Assembly (NCBI GenBank): GCA_025812035.1
Contig: GCA_025812035.1_4719.1
DNA length: 64,000 nucleotides
Strand: one strand, 5' to 3'
Origin: a phage
The first letter of the stretch is position 1. Every line of letters begins with the position of its first letter. The notes below the pieces were generated by a model. The model worked only from the letters and a program-made list of their open reading frames with translations, had not been told where the DNA came from and searched no databases. The position numbers and the translations under genes were made by a program. Positions 8,504-17,991 of the stretch are shown here, piece after piece.

Positions 8504-11500
8504 TACATAAACTCCTCGATGATGCAAATCCCATTAGCACCACGCCCACCAGGCTTAGCGCTTCCTGAGAAAGAGTTGTCGTAAGCACCACCACCACCCG
8601 AACCAGGCGCGAGGCCGTTGTGGGCGGTGCCAACACCGGCGCGACCGCCACCGCCCCAATATGACGCACCCCCACACCCACCGACAGTAATAGTACCGGC
8701 TTGTCCGTCGCCACCGTCTCCGCCCGGAATGCGTATATCCCCGGTATTAGGTACGCCCCCATAGCCACCACCAGTGTTTGTGATAGTTGTTTTTCCTGCG
8801 CCTTGCCCGCCGGGAGCGGTTAGCAGGGATGCAAATTTACTATCCCCACCCCCGTTTCCAGATGTTGCTCCAGAGCCGCCGGAACCACCAGAACCAATTA
8901 CAACAGAATAACTAGTAGCTGATATCGTTATAACCGAAATTACTGTTCCACCGGCCCCACCGCCAGCACCAAAAAACGTTTCACCGTTGGAAAAAGCCTG
9001 GCAACCACCGCCACCGCCTCCACCACCGGTTATTGTTACTCTAATCCGTTTTGTTCCTTGTGTTGGGGTGTACGTCCCTGACGATGTGAAAACACGCATG
9101 TTCAGTAAACGTCCGACATATCCGCTAGAATCGGCTAAACCAAGATCTTTAGCTGCTAACGTGATATTAGCTGTACCGTCAAACGGTTTACCGTTAATCG
9201 TGCGCGCAGTCTGCAACTTCGTCGCCGTTGCTGCGTTTCCTGATGTATTCTGGTTTCCCGCGGCGTTAACACCCGGCAGATTGATGTTCGCACTACCGTC
9301 GAAAGACACCCCACCAATGGTGCGAGCTGTTTTCAGTTTTGTCGCCGTGGCAGCATTACCGGTCGTGTCTTGGTTACCGGTGGTGTTTACCCCAGGCAGG
9401 TTGATATTTGCCGTTCCGTTAAATGAAACACCACCAATCGTCCTTGCCGTTTGCAACTTCGTTGCGGATGCCGCATTCCCCGTGGTGTTTTGGTTACCCG
9501 TTGCATTCACGCCCGGGATACTATCCTTAGATGTGTAGATCTGTGCCCATTCCGACCAGTTCGAATCGGTTGCATCACGACGTGAACGTAGGTAAGCTGG
9601 AGCGTGTGCGCCCGCGGTACCTGACCACCCAATAAAGATCTCGCCTTCACCGACCGATGAAGCGCCTTTAAGATGAATGACGTTACCATAAGCGGTAGGA
9701 TATCCGTTATTGTACGCTTCATACATCTGGATGCCCGCATTGCTGCCCTGAGCTGTGTTAGCTAAAGCCGTAACACGACCTTTGGAGGCGAGAGCGGTAA
9801 TACTGAAGCTAATGTCCTTAGTACCGTCAAAGGCGACCCCATTAATCTTCCGTGCTGTTTGGAGTTTCGTGGCAGTAGCCGCATTACCAGAGGTACTCTG
9901 ATTACCTGCTTTGTTCACGCCTGGTAAATCAATGTTGGCTGTTCCATCAAAGGACACGCCCCCTATGGTTCTCGCCGTCTGAAGTTTTGTTGCTGAGCCA
10001 GCGTTTCCGGAAGTGCTTTGATTACCTGCCGCGTTGACACCCGGTAGGTTAATGCTAGCAGAACCATCAAAAGAAACTCCACCTATCGTGATCGGTGTTT
10101 TCAATTTCGTGGCTGTCGCGGCGTTACCCGTCGTATTCTGATTACCGGCTGCATTGACGCCAGGTAATGCGATATCGGCCGTACCGTCGAACGCGACACC
10201 ACCGATTTTACGGGCGGTTTGTAGCTTGGTCGCTGTAGCCGCGTTACCGCTGGTATTTTGCGTGCCCGCTTTATTTACACCGGGAAGATCGATGTTGGCA
10301 GAACCATCGAATCTGACGCCACCTATCGTTCTTGCAGTAGCAAGTTTAGCTGCTGTGGCTGCATTATTGCCCACTTTTAGCCAATCATCCCATGGACCAT
10401 CCTGGCCGTTCCACGACGCCGTTAAACCACGTACGTAAATATTGCCTGTACGTACAGTGTACCGTTGCATCCCACCGAATTGTCCGGCTGGGAGTACTTC
10501 AAGGTAACCTGCGGCATTTGCTTCAGGGAAATTGTGGGCGGCGTCCGCGTTCGTCGCTATTGGTTTAGACCAAATACCCACAGACGCTTCAACCGGACCG
10601 TAGGTATTCAGATTTGCGTCAGCAGGGAGTGGTCCTCGGAAACGCAGTAATTGTATTGGCGTTAACCCCAACGTTCTTTGCATTCCCTCGACACTCGATT
10701 GCGATAAAAGTGCCCGAGCTGTCGACGTGATGGTCGCTAAAGCAACCTTGTCGACTCCAGTGAAATAAGGGAATTTGTTCGCTGATGTCGCTAAACCTGA
10801 AAAGGCGGTCAGTAATGCATTAAGGGGTTGCTTCCCAGCTAACGCTTTCGTTACTGTCGTTGAGAAATTAGGATCACTTCCTATAGCTCGAGCCAGCTTA
10901 TTAAGCGTATTTAGCGCATCTGGAGACGAGTCAATCAACGACGTGATCGCACGCATCACAAATTCCGTGTTGGCAATCTGTCGACTGCTATTGTTAATTG
11001 CTGCGGTGGGTGTTGTTGGAGTACCGGTGAATACAGGACTATTAAGATCCGCCTTGAGAGCAATGAGGCGTTTAAGTGCTTCGACATCGACTTTCAGGTT
11101 TTCCCACCCGATGAGAGAACCGTCTCCGTTGGTATGATAACGGTTATACCAGAAGTCGCCGTTAACACCCCAAAAGAATATACCTTTCTCTTCGTTTTGC
11201 GGGCCGGAACTATTTCGCGATGAGCCGATATATTTGATTTCAATAAGACCCTCAAACACGACTCCCGGGATTATTTTGTTGTCTCCAGCTGACTGTACTA
11301 CTTGATAAACTCCAGGCGTTGCTGCTCTAACCCATGTTAAGAATTCCGTTATTCCAGCGGTGCCACTGAAACGCTTAACGTCGGTAAGTATCGCCCCATA
11401 ACCGAACATACCCGGTAACGCAACTCGTCCGCCGGTACGGTCACGAATATTTGAGGCAACGACGGGCAGCTTTTTACGAACGCTGTTAACCGCCTTAGGT

Positions 11501-12021
11501 GTGGCTGCTTTTGTCTCGTCATCGCTATCGATGGCGTTGCTCAGGATGGTCAGTCCTCGCTTATCTATGGTTGCGTCGGGAAGAAACGCGTTATCCAACA
11601 CTTTAAGCTGTACAGCGCTCGTGTTACTAACAACGAGATACATCTGGCAGTTAAGAACGCTGCTTGCGCCTTCAGTAGGAACAGGCTTGTATCTTTCCGG
11701 TGCGCTGCAGACAGCGACCAGAACACCTCGATCGTCATACAAGCCGATTTCGCGTACCCAGAATCCACCTTGGTTTACAGGAATAATACCCTCAACAATA
11801 ATCCTGGTTGTGTCGTCTGCGTCAACGCGGATGTTAGAAACTTCCCCGCGATAAACTTCGTGTACAAGGGCTGTTTGACTAGCATCGGGAGTTGGTGTAG
11901 AGCCGTTACCGTCACCAACGGCAAAATGTGTAATTTTTAGTTTCTCGCCGTCCGGAAGTAGTGCGGCGGCGATACGTTCAGTACCTTTATCGGTAATGAC
12001 CGTTCTATATGTTGTACTCAT
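8503..12021 (-). CDS. long tail fibre protein (P2 gpH-like N-terminus, fibre repeats, Gly-rich tip)
   Basis: 1172 codons; N-terminus MSTTYRTVITDKGTERIAAALLPDGEKLKITHFAVGDGNG...ALVHEVYR matches the P2 H/lambda-type fibre N-domain; two arrays of a ~40-aa repeat (GNAATATKLQTARTIGGVSFDG.ANI.LPGVN); Gly-rich C-terminal region. Confidence 0.85.
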   Translation of the reverse strand: MSTTYRTVITDKGTERIAAALLPDGEKLKITHFAVGDGNGSTPTPDASQTALVHEVYRGEVSNIRVDADDTTRIIVEGIIPVNQGGFWVREIGLYDDRGVLVAVCSAPERYKPVPTEGASSVLNCQMYLVVSNTSAVQLKVLDNAFLPDATIDKRGLTILSNAIDSDDETKAATPKAVNSVRKKLPVVASNIRDRTGGRVALPGMFGYGAILTDVKRFSGTAGITEFLTWVRAATPGVYQVVQSAGDNKIIPGVVFEGLIEIKYIGSSRNSSGPQNEEKGIFFWGVNGDFWYNRYHTNGDGSLIGWENLKVDVEALKRLIALKADLNSPVFTGTPTTPTAAINNSSRQIANTEFVMRAITSLIDSSPDALNTLNKLARAIGSDPNFSTTVTKALAGKQPLNALLTAFSGLATSANKFPYFTGVDKVALATITSTARALLSQSSVEGMQRTLGLTPIQLLRFRGPLPADANLNTYGPVEASVGIWSKPIATNADAAHNFPEANAAGYLEVLPAGQFGGMQRYTVRTGNIYVRGLTASWNGQDGPWDDWLKVGNNAATAAKLATARTIGGVRFDGSANIDLPGVNKAGTQNTSGNAATATKLQTARKIGGVAFDGTADIALPGVNAAGNQNTTGNAATATKLKTPITIGGVSFDGSASINLPGVNAAGNQSTSGNAGSATKLQTARTIGGVSFDGTANIDLPGVNKAGNQSTSGNAATATKLQTARKINGVAFDGTKDISFSITALASKGRVTALANTAQGSNAGIQMYEAYNNGYPTAYGNVIHLKGASSVGEGEIFIGWSGTAGAHAPAYLRSRRDATDSNWSEWAQIYTSKDSIPGVNATGNQNTTGNAASATKLQTARTIGGVSFNGTANINLPGVNTTGNQDTTGNAATATKLKTARTIGGVSFDGSANINLPGVNAAGNQNTSGNAATATKLQTARTINGKPFDGTANITLAAKDLGLADSSGYVGRLLNMRVFTSSGTYTPTQGTKRIRVTITGGGGGGGGCQAFSNGETFFGAGGGAGGTVISVITISATSYSVVIGSGGSGGSGATSGNGGGDSKFASLLTAPGGQGAGKTTITNTGGGYGGVPNTGDIRIPGGDGGDGQAGTITVGGCGGASYWGGGGRAGVGTAHNGLAPGSGGGGAYDNSFSGSAKPGGRGANGICIIEEFM
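9157..9516 (-). repeat. in-frame tandem repeat array (3 units, ~120 bp each) inside the tail fibre gene
   Basis: protein residues ~836-955 repeat the motif PGVN..GNQ.T.GNAA.ATKL.TARTIGGVSF.G.ANI. Confidence 0.7.
9787..10371 (-). repeat. in-frame tandem repeat array (~5 units, ~120 bp each) inside the tail fibre gene
   Basis: protein residues ~551-745 carry the same ~40-aa fibre repeat. Confidence 0.7.
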
Positions 12022-12027
12022 GGCGTT

Positions 12028-12555
12028 TTATCCCGGGTAAATAGTGATGGTGTCACCAACGAGGGTTGTGGCACCAGAGTAAAGATACGCTGGTGATGCT
12101 TCACGTTGGTTAGTCACGGTAAGATTCATTTGCCCACGCCAAACCATGGAGGTATTCGCGATGGGAATCAAGATCTTCTTGGAAGTATCGTCACGAAAAT
12201 TAATGGTGGTAGCAAGGGTAGCTGAATCAAAATCAACGTCAGGTTCAAAGATGAACCCGTATTGATCTGAAATAGCTTGAATGACCGCTCTTATAGTTGT
12301 TGTTTCAACCGACTCCAAAACGATTTTTATCGGTATTCCTAGAAACGCTTTCGCGATATCACGTCGTGTGTAAGTAATAAAACTCTCACCACACCACCTT
12401 GTTCCTTCATTTGCTGTGACGATCACTTTTGCCCTGTTAGCACCAGAACTCCCATCCAGGGTTAAAGTGAGATCGGAGTTACTGAATACGCTACTGTTAC
12501 GTTGGTTTATCAACGCAATCAGTTCGTCCTTCCACGGCGGGTAAAGTGAACGCAT
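12028..12555 (-). CDS. fibre-family N-terminal domain protein (short paralog)
   Basis: start revised to ATG at 12555, preceded by GGAGGAGGG; 175 aa aligning only to the shared N-domain of the fibre paralogs (WKDELIALINQRN...YTRRDIAKAFLGIPIKIV...YGFIFEPDVDF). Confidence 0.5.
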   Translation of the reverse strand: MRSLYPPWKDELIALINQRNSSVFSNSDLTLTLDGSSGANRAKVIVTANEGTRWCGESFITYTRRDIAKAFLGIPIKIVLESVETTTIRAVIQAISDQYGFIFEPDVDFDSATLATTINFRDDTSKKILIPIANTSMVWRGQMNLTVTNQREASPAYLYSGATTLVGDTITIYPG

Positions 12556-12669
12556 AAGCGCACCCTCCTCCAACAATCAATTAAAATGCAAAACACCTCG
12601 AAACCAGAGTGCGATTCGAAGCAAGCGTAAACGGCCTGAACGACCGCATAAAATTCCGCGCATATTACC

Positions 12670-12699
12670 CCCTCTACCCCGACAAAGCGAGGTAGAGGG
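12670..12699 (-). promoter_or_regulatory. intergenic stem-loop (CCCTCTACC/GGTAGAGGG, 9 bp), followed in the transcript by AATATGCGCG
   Basis: perfect inverted repeat between gene 12712-14466 and gene 12028-12555. Confidence 0.4.
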
Positions 12700-12711
12700 A
12701 GAATAATACGA

Positions 12712-14466
12712 TTATGCTGCTACGTATCCAGGCCAACGTTCTCTTGGCCAGTTTGTTGCACCCTGTCCGACGGTGTCTTTACCAGAAATGACGTTACTTA
12801 CATCCCATCCACTCAGATCCTGATTGAATGCGGTGTTCTCGCGCATCATGAGATCGATCTTACGTAGTGAGTGGGTATTCCAACCAGATATGTCTTGGTT
12901 GAATGCTTTATTGTAGGCAAACATGTTAGACACGTTCTGTAATTTTGACGTGTTCCAACCACTGATGTCGCTATTGAACGACGTGCTTGAGAACATGCTG
13001 CTCGCATCAACAAGATTGTCGGTTTTCCAATTAACCACTTTATCGCCGTCAAATGCATTGCTGCTGCTGAACATAAAACTCATATTGCTAGCTTTGGACA
13101 CATCCCATTTATCTAACCCTTTACCGACGAACTCATTACATGCCGAGAACATCCAGCTCATATCGGTAACCCGACTCACGTTCCATTTGCTGAAGTCAAG
13201 GTTAAGTTTCTGACACCCTAAGAAGGTCTTATACATGTTGGTGATGCGACTAACATCCCACTCTTGGATGTTAGGGTCGTTAAGCGTCGTTAAGTAGTTG
13301 AACAATGTCGCTAACGACGTCCATTTCTCTGGAATCCGGTTTGGTACCGTACGAAGCGATGCAAGGTTGTTGGTTGACGGAGAGCAGAACATACCGTTAT
13401 CCCAATTTACGATTTCCGTAATTTTGGACCCTTTGATCGTCTGAGTGGTATTACCATCTTTCACTATACCCGTAGCAACGATGGTATATTCACCGGTGCC
13501 TGCATAATCGTGGGCGTAGGCACCGTTACTTGAGGTCTCCGTTACTTTATTCCCATCACCCCAATCGATATTAACTTTATCCCACCCACTTAGGTTGAAC
13601 TGTACTTTGCCTCCGGTAGCTTTTAGGATGTATTTACCTCCATTGTCGGTAAAATAGCAGACAACCATTGAACCGTACAGATTACCTATCCGCCAATCAT
13701 CCTTTTCTGTCACTGCGATTTGCGCTAAGCCACGCTGTACGAAGAGTACTGTGCGGTTCTCGTCAGTCTGTAATGTGGCTAATGCTTGGGCCTTATCGTC
13801 CTCGCTAATTTCATTAGCGCTCACTAAAACGCTTAACATTCTTTCGAAGTATTCGATGGGTAATTGACGTCCTACAGACTTATCAACCGACGGTTCAGCA
13901 AGATCGCCCAACGCTGCAGTGGTGGCCAGCATCAACGAACCCTTGGTCATATCTGTTTCTTGTAGGTAGTGCAGTCCTGTAATCTGGTACGCTTGAATAA
14001 TCGTAATCAGGTTCAGCGTATCGTTAACGACCTGTACTTGTAAATGTCCAGACCATACGTAGCTGCTTTCGGCAATTGGTAGTTCGACCGACTGGATACC
14101 TGATGTTTCAAAGGTGATCTTCTTGTTAAGATCGGTTTCCAGGAAATCAACAGCGAGGTCAAAATTTATACCGTACTTCTCAGCGATAGAATCCACGATG
14201 TTTCTGAAAGCAACGTCATTATTTACGATGAAACGTAATGGGATTCCTGCAAACGCTCTAGCAATGTCTCGACGAACATACGTGAGCGACTGCTCGAAGA
14301 AATAGGGGCTACCATCTCGCGGTTTAATGGTCACCTGACATACTTCGGGATATTCAGCTGGGATTAACGACACGAATTCAACATCGGATTCTTTCAATGA
14401 AAGCATATTCTTCCGGTTTACTAATGCCAGAAGATCGGCTTTCCAACCAGGATAAACTGTAGACAT
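12712..14466 (-). CDS. tail fibre-like protein with PKD-like segment and DUF285-type repeats
   Basis: start revised to ATG at 14466 (GGAGTG upstream; MSTVYPGWKADLLALVN aligns with paralog N-termini); IDWGDGNKVT...YAHDYAGTGEYTI is PKD-like; C-terminal repeats of type FNQDISGWNTS..M..MF are DUF285/BspA-like. Confidence 0.6.
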   Translation of the reverse strand: MSTVYPGWKADLLALVNRKNMLSLKESDVEFVSLIPAEYPEVCQVTIKPRDGSPYFFEQSLTYVRRDIARAFAGIPLRFIVNNDVAFRNIVDSIAEKYGINFDLAVDFLETDLNKKITFETSGIQSVELPIAESSYVWSGHLQVQVVNDTLNLITIIQAYQITGLHYLQETDMTKGSLMLATTAALGDLAEPSVDKSVGRQLPIEYFERMLSVLVSANEISEDDKAQALATLQTDENRTVLFVQRGLAQIAVTEKDDWRIGNLYGSMVVCYFTDNGGKYILKATGGKVQFNLSGWDKVNIDWGDGNKVTETSSNGAYAHDYAGTGEYTIVATGIVKDGNTTQTIKGSKITEIVNWDNGMFCSPSTNNLASLRTVPNRIPEKWTSLATLFNYLTTLNDPNIQEWDVSRITNMYKTFLGCQKLNLDFSKWNVSRVTDMSWMFSACNEFVGKGLDKWDVSKASNMSFMFSSSNAFDGDKVVNWKTDNLVDASSMFSSTSFNSDISGWNTSKLQNVSNMFAYNKAFNQDISGWNTHSLRKIDLMMRENTAFNQDLSGWDVSNVISGKDTVGQGATNWPRERWPGYVAA

Positions 14467-14618
14467 AAGCACTCCAATCATGGGGCGGTAACCGCACCCA
14501 ACGGTTAAATTGTCGATTATGGTCGTTGCTGATAAGACGACCATAACCAACGATGTTTAATATGTAGTATATTGATATCATGACGTTATGGGGATCTAAG
14601 TCATACCATGGAGACGGC

Positions 14619-14672
14619 GAAAAAAAAAAGAAAATAGGAAAACGGTGTTCATCCTTTTAGGGATGAACACCG
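14619..14672 (-). terminator. rho-independent terminator (12-bp stem, long U tract)
   Basis: inverted repeat CGGTGTTCATCC/GGATGAACACCG at 14643-14672, followed in minus sense by a T-rich run including ten consecutive T (plus-strand A10 at 14620-14629). Confidence 0.7.
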
Positions 14673-14691
14673 CGTACCATTTGTAAGACGA

Positions 14692-15300
14692 TTAACGAGG
14701 AATCAGATCGTTAAGCTCTTCTTCTTCGATAACAAAGAAGCTGTTCTGGTTGTCTAAATCTGATAACAGGACTTGCCCAACAGTGAAGCAAGTTCCACCC
14801 TTCTTAGGCATCCATACCGGCTCATTCGTTACCTTATCAGGATACCATTTGAAACGGTTGGTATCTAAGAAGAACGCAGCTTTGTTCTCCTTGTCGGTAG
14901 AACGATAGCTAACCAGCGCTGGCCACTCAATCCAGGTATTTGTACATGGTACATGTAAAGGATACCATGCGCGCCAGCGCTTACCAGGACGTTTCGGATC
15001 CTCCCAATATTCAGCGGTTAGCACGGCGTTCTTATATTGTTTCTGTACCAGCATCTCAAGAACAGATTCATTACCGATTGGTAAACGCACCAACTCTCTT
15101 TCGACGTGTGATGAATCTAAAGTCACTTCAGCCATATAAAGAGATTTAGGTAATCCAGCCTGTTTTGTGGGTGGTATTACGACACCGGTAACCAACGGTC
15201 TGCTCGGTTTACGTTTCTGTTCTTTCCGATGCGTGTAAAGGAATAACCCTACAGCTACGACAACAAGTATAATAAACAACACTATCTTAATCCAGCTCAT
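14692..15300 (-). CDS. hypothetical membrane-anchored protein
   Basis: 202 codons; N-terminal hydrophobic anchor IVLFIILVVVAVGLFLY. Confidence 0.45.
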   Translation of the reverse strand: MSWIKIVLFIILVVVAVGLFLYTHRKEQKRKPSRPLVTGVVIPPTKQAGLPKSLYMAEVTLDSSHVERELVRLPIGNESVLEMLVQKQYKNAVLTAEYWEDPKRPGKRWRAWYPLHVPCTNTWIEWPALVSYRSTDKENKAAFFLDTNRFKWYPDKVTNEPVWMPKKGGTCFTVGQVLLSDLDNQNSFFVIEEEELNDLIPR

Positions 15301-16046
15301 TCGTCAATATCTCCTTCTACAAACAGAGTCAATTTGATTTCAGGGTCATAGAACATGGTAATCACACCATCTTGCTCTACTGAACGTTGCGCTGTCCATA
15401 TTAACTGTTCATCCCGAATATCAAATTTATGCCGTTCGTCGCTGACCACAGCTTCCGCATCAACGTAATGGTAAACATCACCAAGAGGATTCTCAATCCA
15501 GCCACGCACCATCAAACGTTCTTTTTGTTTACGTGTGAAGAAGCGATACGGATCTTCGCACGTGCACCATACGTCTCCGCTCTCATTAACCAGCTCATCG
15601 TAAACTTTAGAAAGTTCGTCAGGCACAGGAATCAAAATGTTATCCTGATAGCTCGACCAGAAACGACGTACATCTTGGATTAAATCGTCGCCTTGCAGTT
15701 TAGTTACCGTGTTGCTATGGTCGATCTGAGCAGTATCTATATCAAGACGGGTAAACGGAAGAGCGTCTAGGTTTGCCGCCACGATCTCGATGTCGTCATG
15801 GTGAACATGAACCCACCCGTCAAACCATCGGTACCCGTCAGCTTGATATAACGTTGTATGATATCTGACAACATTGATGTCTTCGAACGAGTCCAATAAA
15901 GCTTTAGCTGCTAGAAGCGGCGAAAAGTTCTTTGATTGTCCTGGCTTACGTATTTCTTCTTTGATGAACAATTTACCAAGAATCGGATGTTCGATAACAA
16001 AACCACAGGAAAGCATGATGCTTCCTTGATAACGTGCTTCTTGCAT
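15297..16046 (-). CDS. hypothetical protein
   Basis: 249 codons; 4-nt overlap with the downstream gene suggests translational coupling. Confidence 0.45.
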   Translation of the reverse strand: MQEARYQGSIMLSCGFVIEHPILGKLFIKEEIRKPGQSKNFSPLLAAKALLDSFEDINVVRYHTTLYQADGYRWFDGWVHVHHDDIEIVAANLDALPFTRLDIDTAQIDHSNTVTKLQGDDLIQDVRRFWSSYQDNILIPVPDELSKVYDELVNESGDVWCTCEDPYRFFTRKQKERLMVRGWIENPLGDVYHYVDAEAVVSDERHKFDIRDEQLIWTAQRSVEQDGVITMFYDPEIKLTLFVEGDIDE

Positions 16047-16165
16047 TTTCTATTCCTCAAACAAAAGATTGTCTTTTAACGCGACATGATTACAAGTACA
16101 CAAGTTACTGAATTTCTGTAAAAGTTAATTTTCGTAAAATAAAAGAAAACGTGTCCGTGTTTCCT

Positions 16166-16202
16166 GGTTCTTCCCCTCCACAGCTTCAGGAAGAGAAGAA
16201 CC
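16166..16202 (-). terminator. imperfect 14-bp stem-loop followed by U-rich tract
   Basis: GGTTCTTCCCCTCC / GGAAGAGAAGAACC with two mismatches; minus-sense downstream GUUUUCUUUUAUUUUAC. Confidence 0.4.
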
Positions 16203-16222
16203 GTTTGCTAAGTTGTTATGTA

Positions 16223-16471
16223 TTAAAACGCATTGATTGGGTTGCTCAACGCTTTATCACGGATTTGAATCGCTGCCAGCATTGCTTTCTGGTACGAATC
16301 GTAAGCATCAACAGAAACCGTCAAATCAACCAATTTCTCTAATACGGATTCAGCCGCTTTTACGCGGACGCGGAACTTGGTGATTGCGTTATCTTTGTTA
16401 CGATAAACCGTGATATGGTGCAGCGGTTGAACTTTGGTTTTAACAGATTTAGTTGCTTTGATCGTTTTCAT
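16223..16471 (-). CDS. hypothetical protein
   Basis: 82-codon ORF. Confidence 0.4.
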   Translation of the reverse strand: MKTIKATKSVKTKVQPLHHITVYRNKDNAITKFRVRVKAAESVLEKLVDLTVSVDAYDSYQKAMLAAIQIRDKALSNPINAF

Positions 16472-16524
16472 GATGATTTCCTTCTTTATTAGGATGATTA
16501 CATTTAGTCAGTTTAACAGCATAA

Positions 16525-16551
16525 ACCCTTCCCGCGTAAGGCAGGAAGGGT
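16525..16551 (-). promoter_or_regulatory. intergenic stem-loop (ACCCTTCC/GGAAGGGT) followed in the transcript by TTATGCTGTTAAAC
   Basis: inverted repeat read directly; loop contains CGTAAGG, as in the 2368 family. Confidence 0.4.
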
Positions 16552-16564
16552 ATACGGATTTGTT

Positions 16565-17062
16565 TTACGCGTGTCGTCGTTTACCAAAGAAAATATGATT
16601 GTCTACCACGGTGATATTGGTAGCGTGTTTTTTGAAGTGTTTAGGGCGAAGATGTTTCGCGTTAAAGAATACGGCTCCTCGTGTTGGATCGGCTTTACGG
16701 TAAGCAACAATGTCGTTATTGCGCAATGTTGCGACCTCTCGTGCTATTGCTCTTGCTCGCTCAAAAGCAGCATGATCACGTATGACGATTCGTTGTTGTC
16801 TTGCCCAGGGGAATTGACCTCTTTGCAGTACGACGTCTCTGACGTTCGTAGGGAATCGGTAGTCCATAGATCGATTATGTATTAAAAACGCCACGGAGTA
16901 TTGCCCTCTTACAGATTCGCCCCTGGCTTCCATATACACAGCACATGCGACGATCTCTTTCCGGCAATCGATTCTAGGTCCTGCGTTCACCGATGCTTGA
17001 CTGAACGGTGCGATAAGCAACATAACAAGCCCTAAAACCAACGTGTGTAAAATACCTTTCAT
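16565..17062 (-). CDS. SleB-like cell wall hydrolase with signal peptide
   Basis: N-terminal signal MKGILHTLVLGLVMLLIAPFSQA; core CAVYMEARGESVRGQYSVAFLIHNR...FPTNVRDVVLQRGQFPW matches the Hydrolase_2/SleB pattern. Confidence 0.55.
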   Translation of the reverse strand: MKGILHTLVLGLVMLLIAPFSQASVNAGPRIDCRKEIVACAVYMEARGESVRGQYSVAFLIHNRSMDYRFPTNVRDVVLQRGQFPWARQQRIVIRDHAAFERARAIAREVATLRNNDIVAYRKADPTRGAVFFNAKHLRPKHFKKHATNITVVDNHIFFGKRRHA

Positions 17063-17315
17063 CTTAATAACCTCACGATAAGGTGCTGTCCACTGGCGTC
17101 ATGATAACGCATCCCGTCTATCGGGTTGTTCTATTCAGCGGGCAGCAGGTTAGCGTCAGATGTTTGCCCGACATCCACGACAGAAATAAATGGTACTGAA
17201 AATGCGGTCTCCTCTGGTTTGGCAATAAACATAACGTTGGATAACAGAACCCATTTTCCGCATCCAACGCGGTAAAGGCGTACATCGTTTGAATTCATAT
17301 AGTTTCTCAAAGATG

Positions 17316-17684
17316 TTAACCTCTACCGTCAAGCCATAAGTTGTACTTATCCCGAACGTATGGCTCACGATAAATACGTCGATAGACTTGATGTGGTATA
17401 AACTTGCAATGTACGAGTTCGTCGCTTAATTTCTGACGTCGTTCCATACCGTTGTGTATACGGCGTATCTCCCGGATATTAAAGGTTGTTTTATTCAAGA
17501 GAATAGACATAATGGCAGATCGATGATCTAGATCAAAGATTGACATCAGGCTTCGTATCTCACGTAAAACAACTTCTCTATCGACAAGGATGCGGTTATT
17601 GAACTTAAGATTCTCGGCGATACCCATAACCTTCACCTTCGACACGTCGACATGCCGGTAAAAATAAACACCAGCTTGTTGCAC
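17316..17684 (-). CDS. hypothetical protein
   Basis: 122-codon ORF; N-terminus overlaps the upstream gene, so the true start may be internal. Confidence 0.3.
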   Translation of the reverse strand: MQQAGVYFYRHVDVSKVKVMGIAENLKFNNRILVDREVVLREIRSLMSIFDLDHRSAIMSILLNKTTFNIREIRRIHNGMERRQKLSDELVHCKFIPHQVYRRIYREPYVRDKYNLWLDGRG

Positions 17685-17976
17685 TGAGGATCGTCATTGC
17701 GATGATATCTGCGACATCACTTAGTCGAGCACCAGCTTGCCACATGACGAGTATAAAAAGAACGTATGCGAATCCATACCAGACAAACCGTTTGATGTTA
17801 CGTGTCGACCAAGTACAAATATACAAAAGGGGAAGTTGTCCTATAACACTAACGATGTTTCGGATAACATAATAGGCGCGTTCCGTCGTTGCCTCGAAAT
17901 CGATGTTCGTTGCAGAAATCCCAATCAATATAAAAGTGATAAAGCAATAGATTTTTGCGTACGTTTTTAAACTCAT
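17605..17976 (-). CDS. hypothetical membrane protein (holin-like candidate)
   Basis: 123 codons with several hydrophobic helices; near the cell wall hydrolase gene. Confidence 0.4.
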   Translation of the reverse strand: MSLKTYAKIYCFITFILIGISATNIDFEATTERAYYVIRNIVSVIGQLPLLYICTWSTRNIKRFVWYGFAYVLFILVMWQAGARLSDVADIIAMTILSATSWCLFLPACRRVEGEGYGYRRES

Positions 17977-17991
17977 AACTTTTCCCGTTCG

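Noticed and set aside
9157-10371. Possible CRISPR array or diversity-generating retroelement in the repeat region
   Set aside because: The repeats are in-frame coding repeats of a fibre protein with no spacer structure, and no reverse transcriptase or cas gene is present in the window.
8987-10438. Plus-strand ORFs inside the tail fibre gene (8987-9538, 10154-10438 and others)
   Set aside because: They are antisense to a high-confidence 1172-codon fibre gene and arise from its repetitive Gly/Ala/Thr-rich codons; no independent start signals.
17156-17368. 70-codon Cys-rich ORF 17156-17368
   Set aside because: It overlaps ORF 17316-17684 and lacks a convincing ribosome-binding site; cannot decide between the two without more evidence, so it is not listed as a feature.
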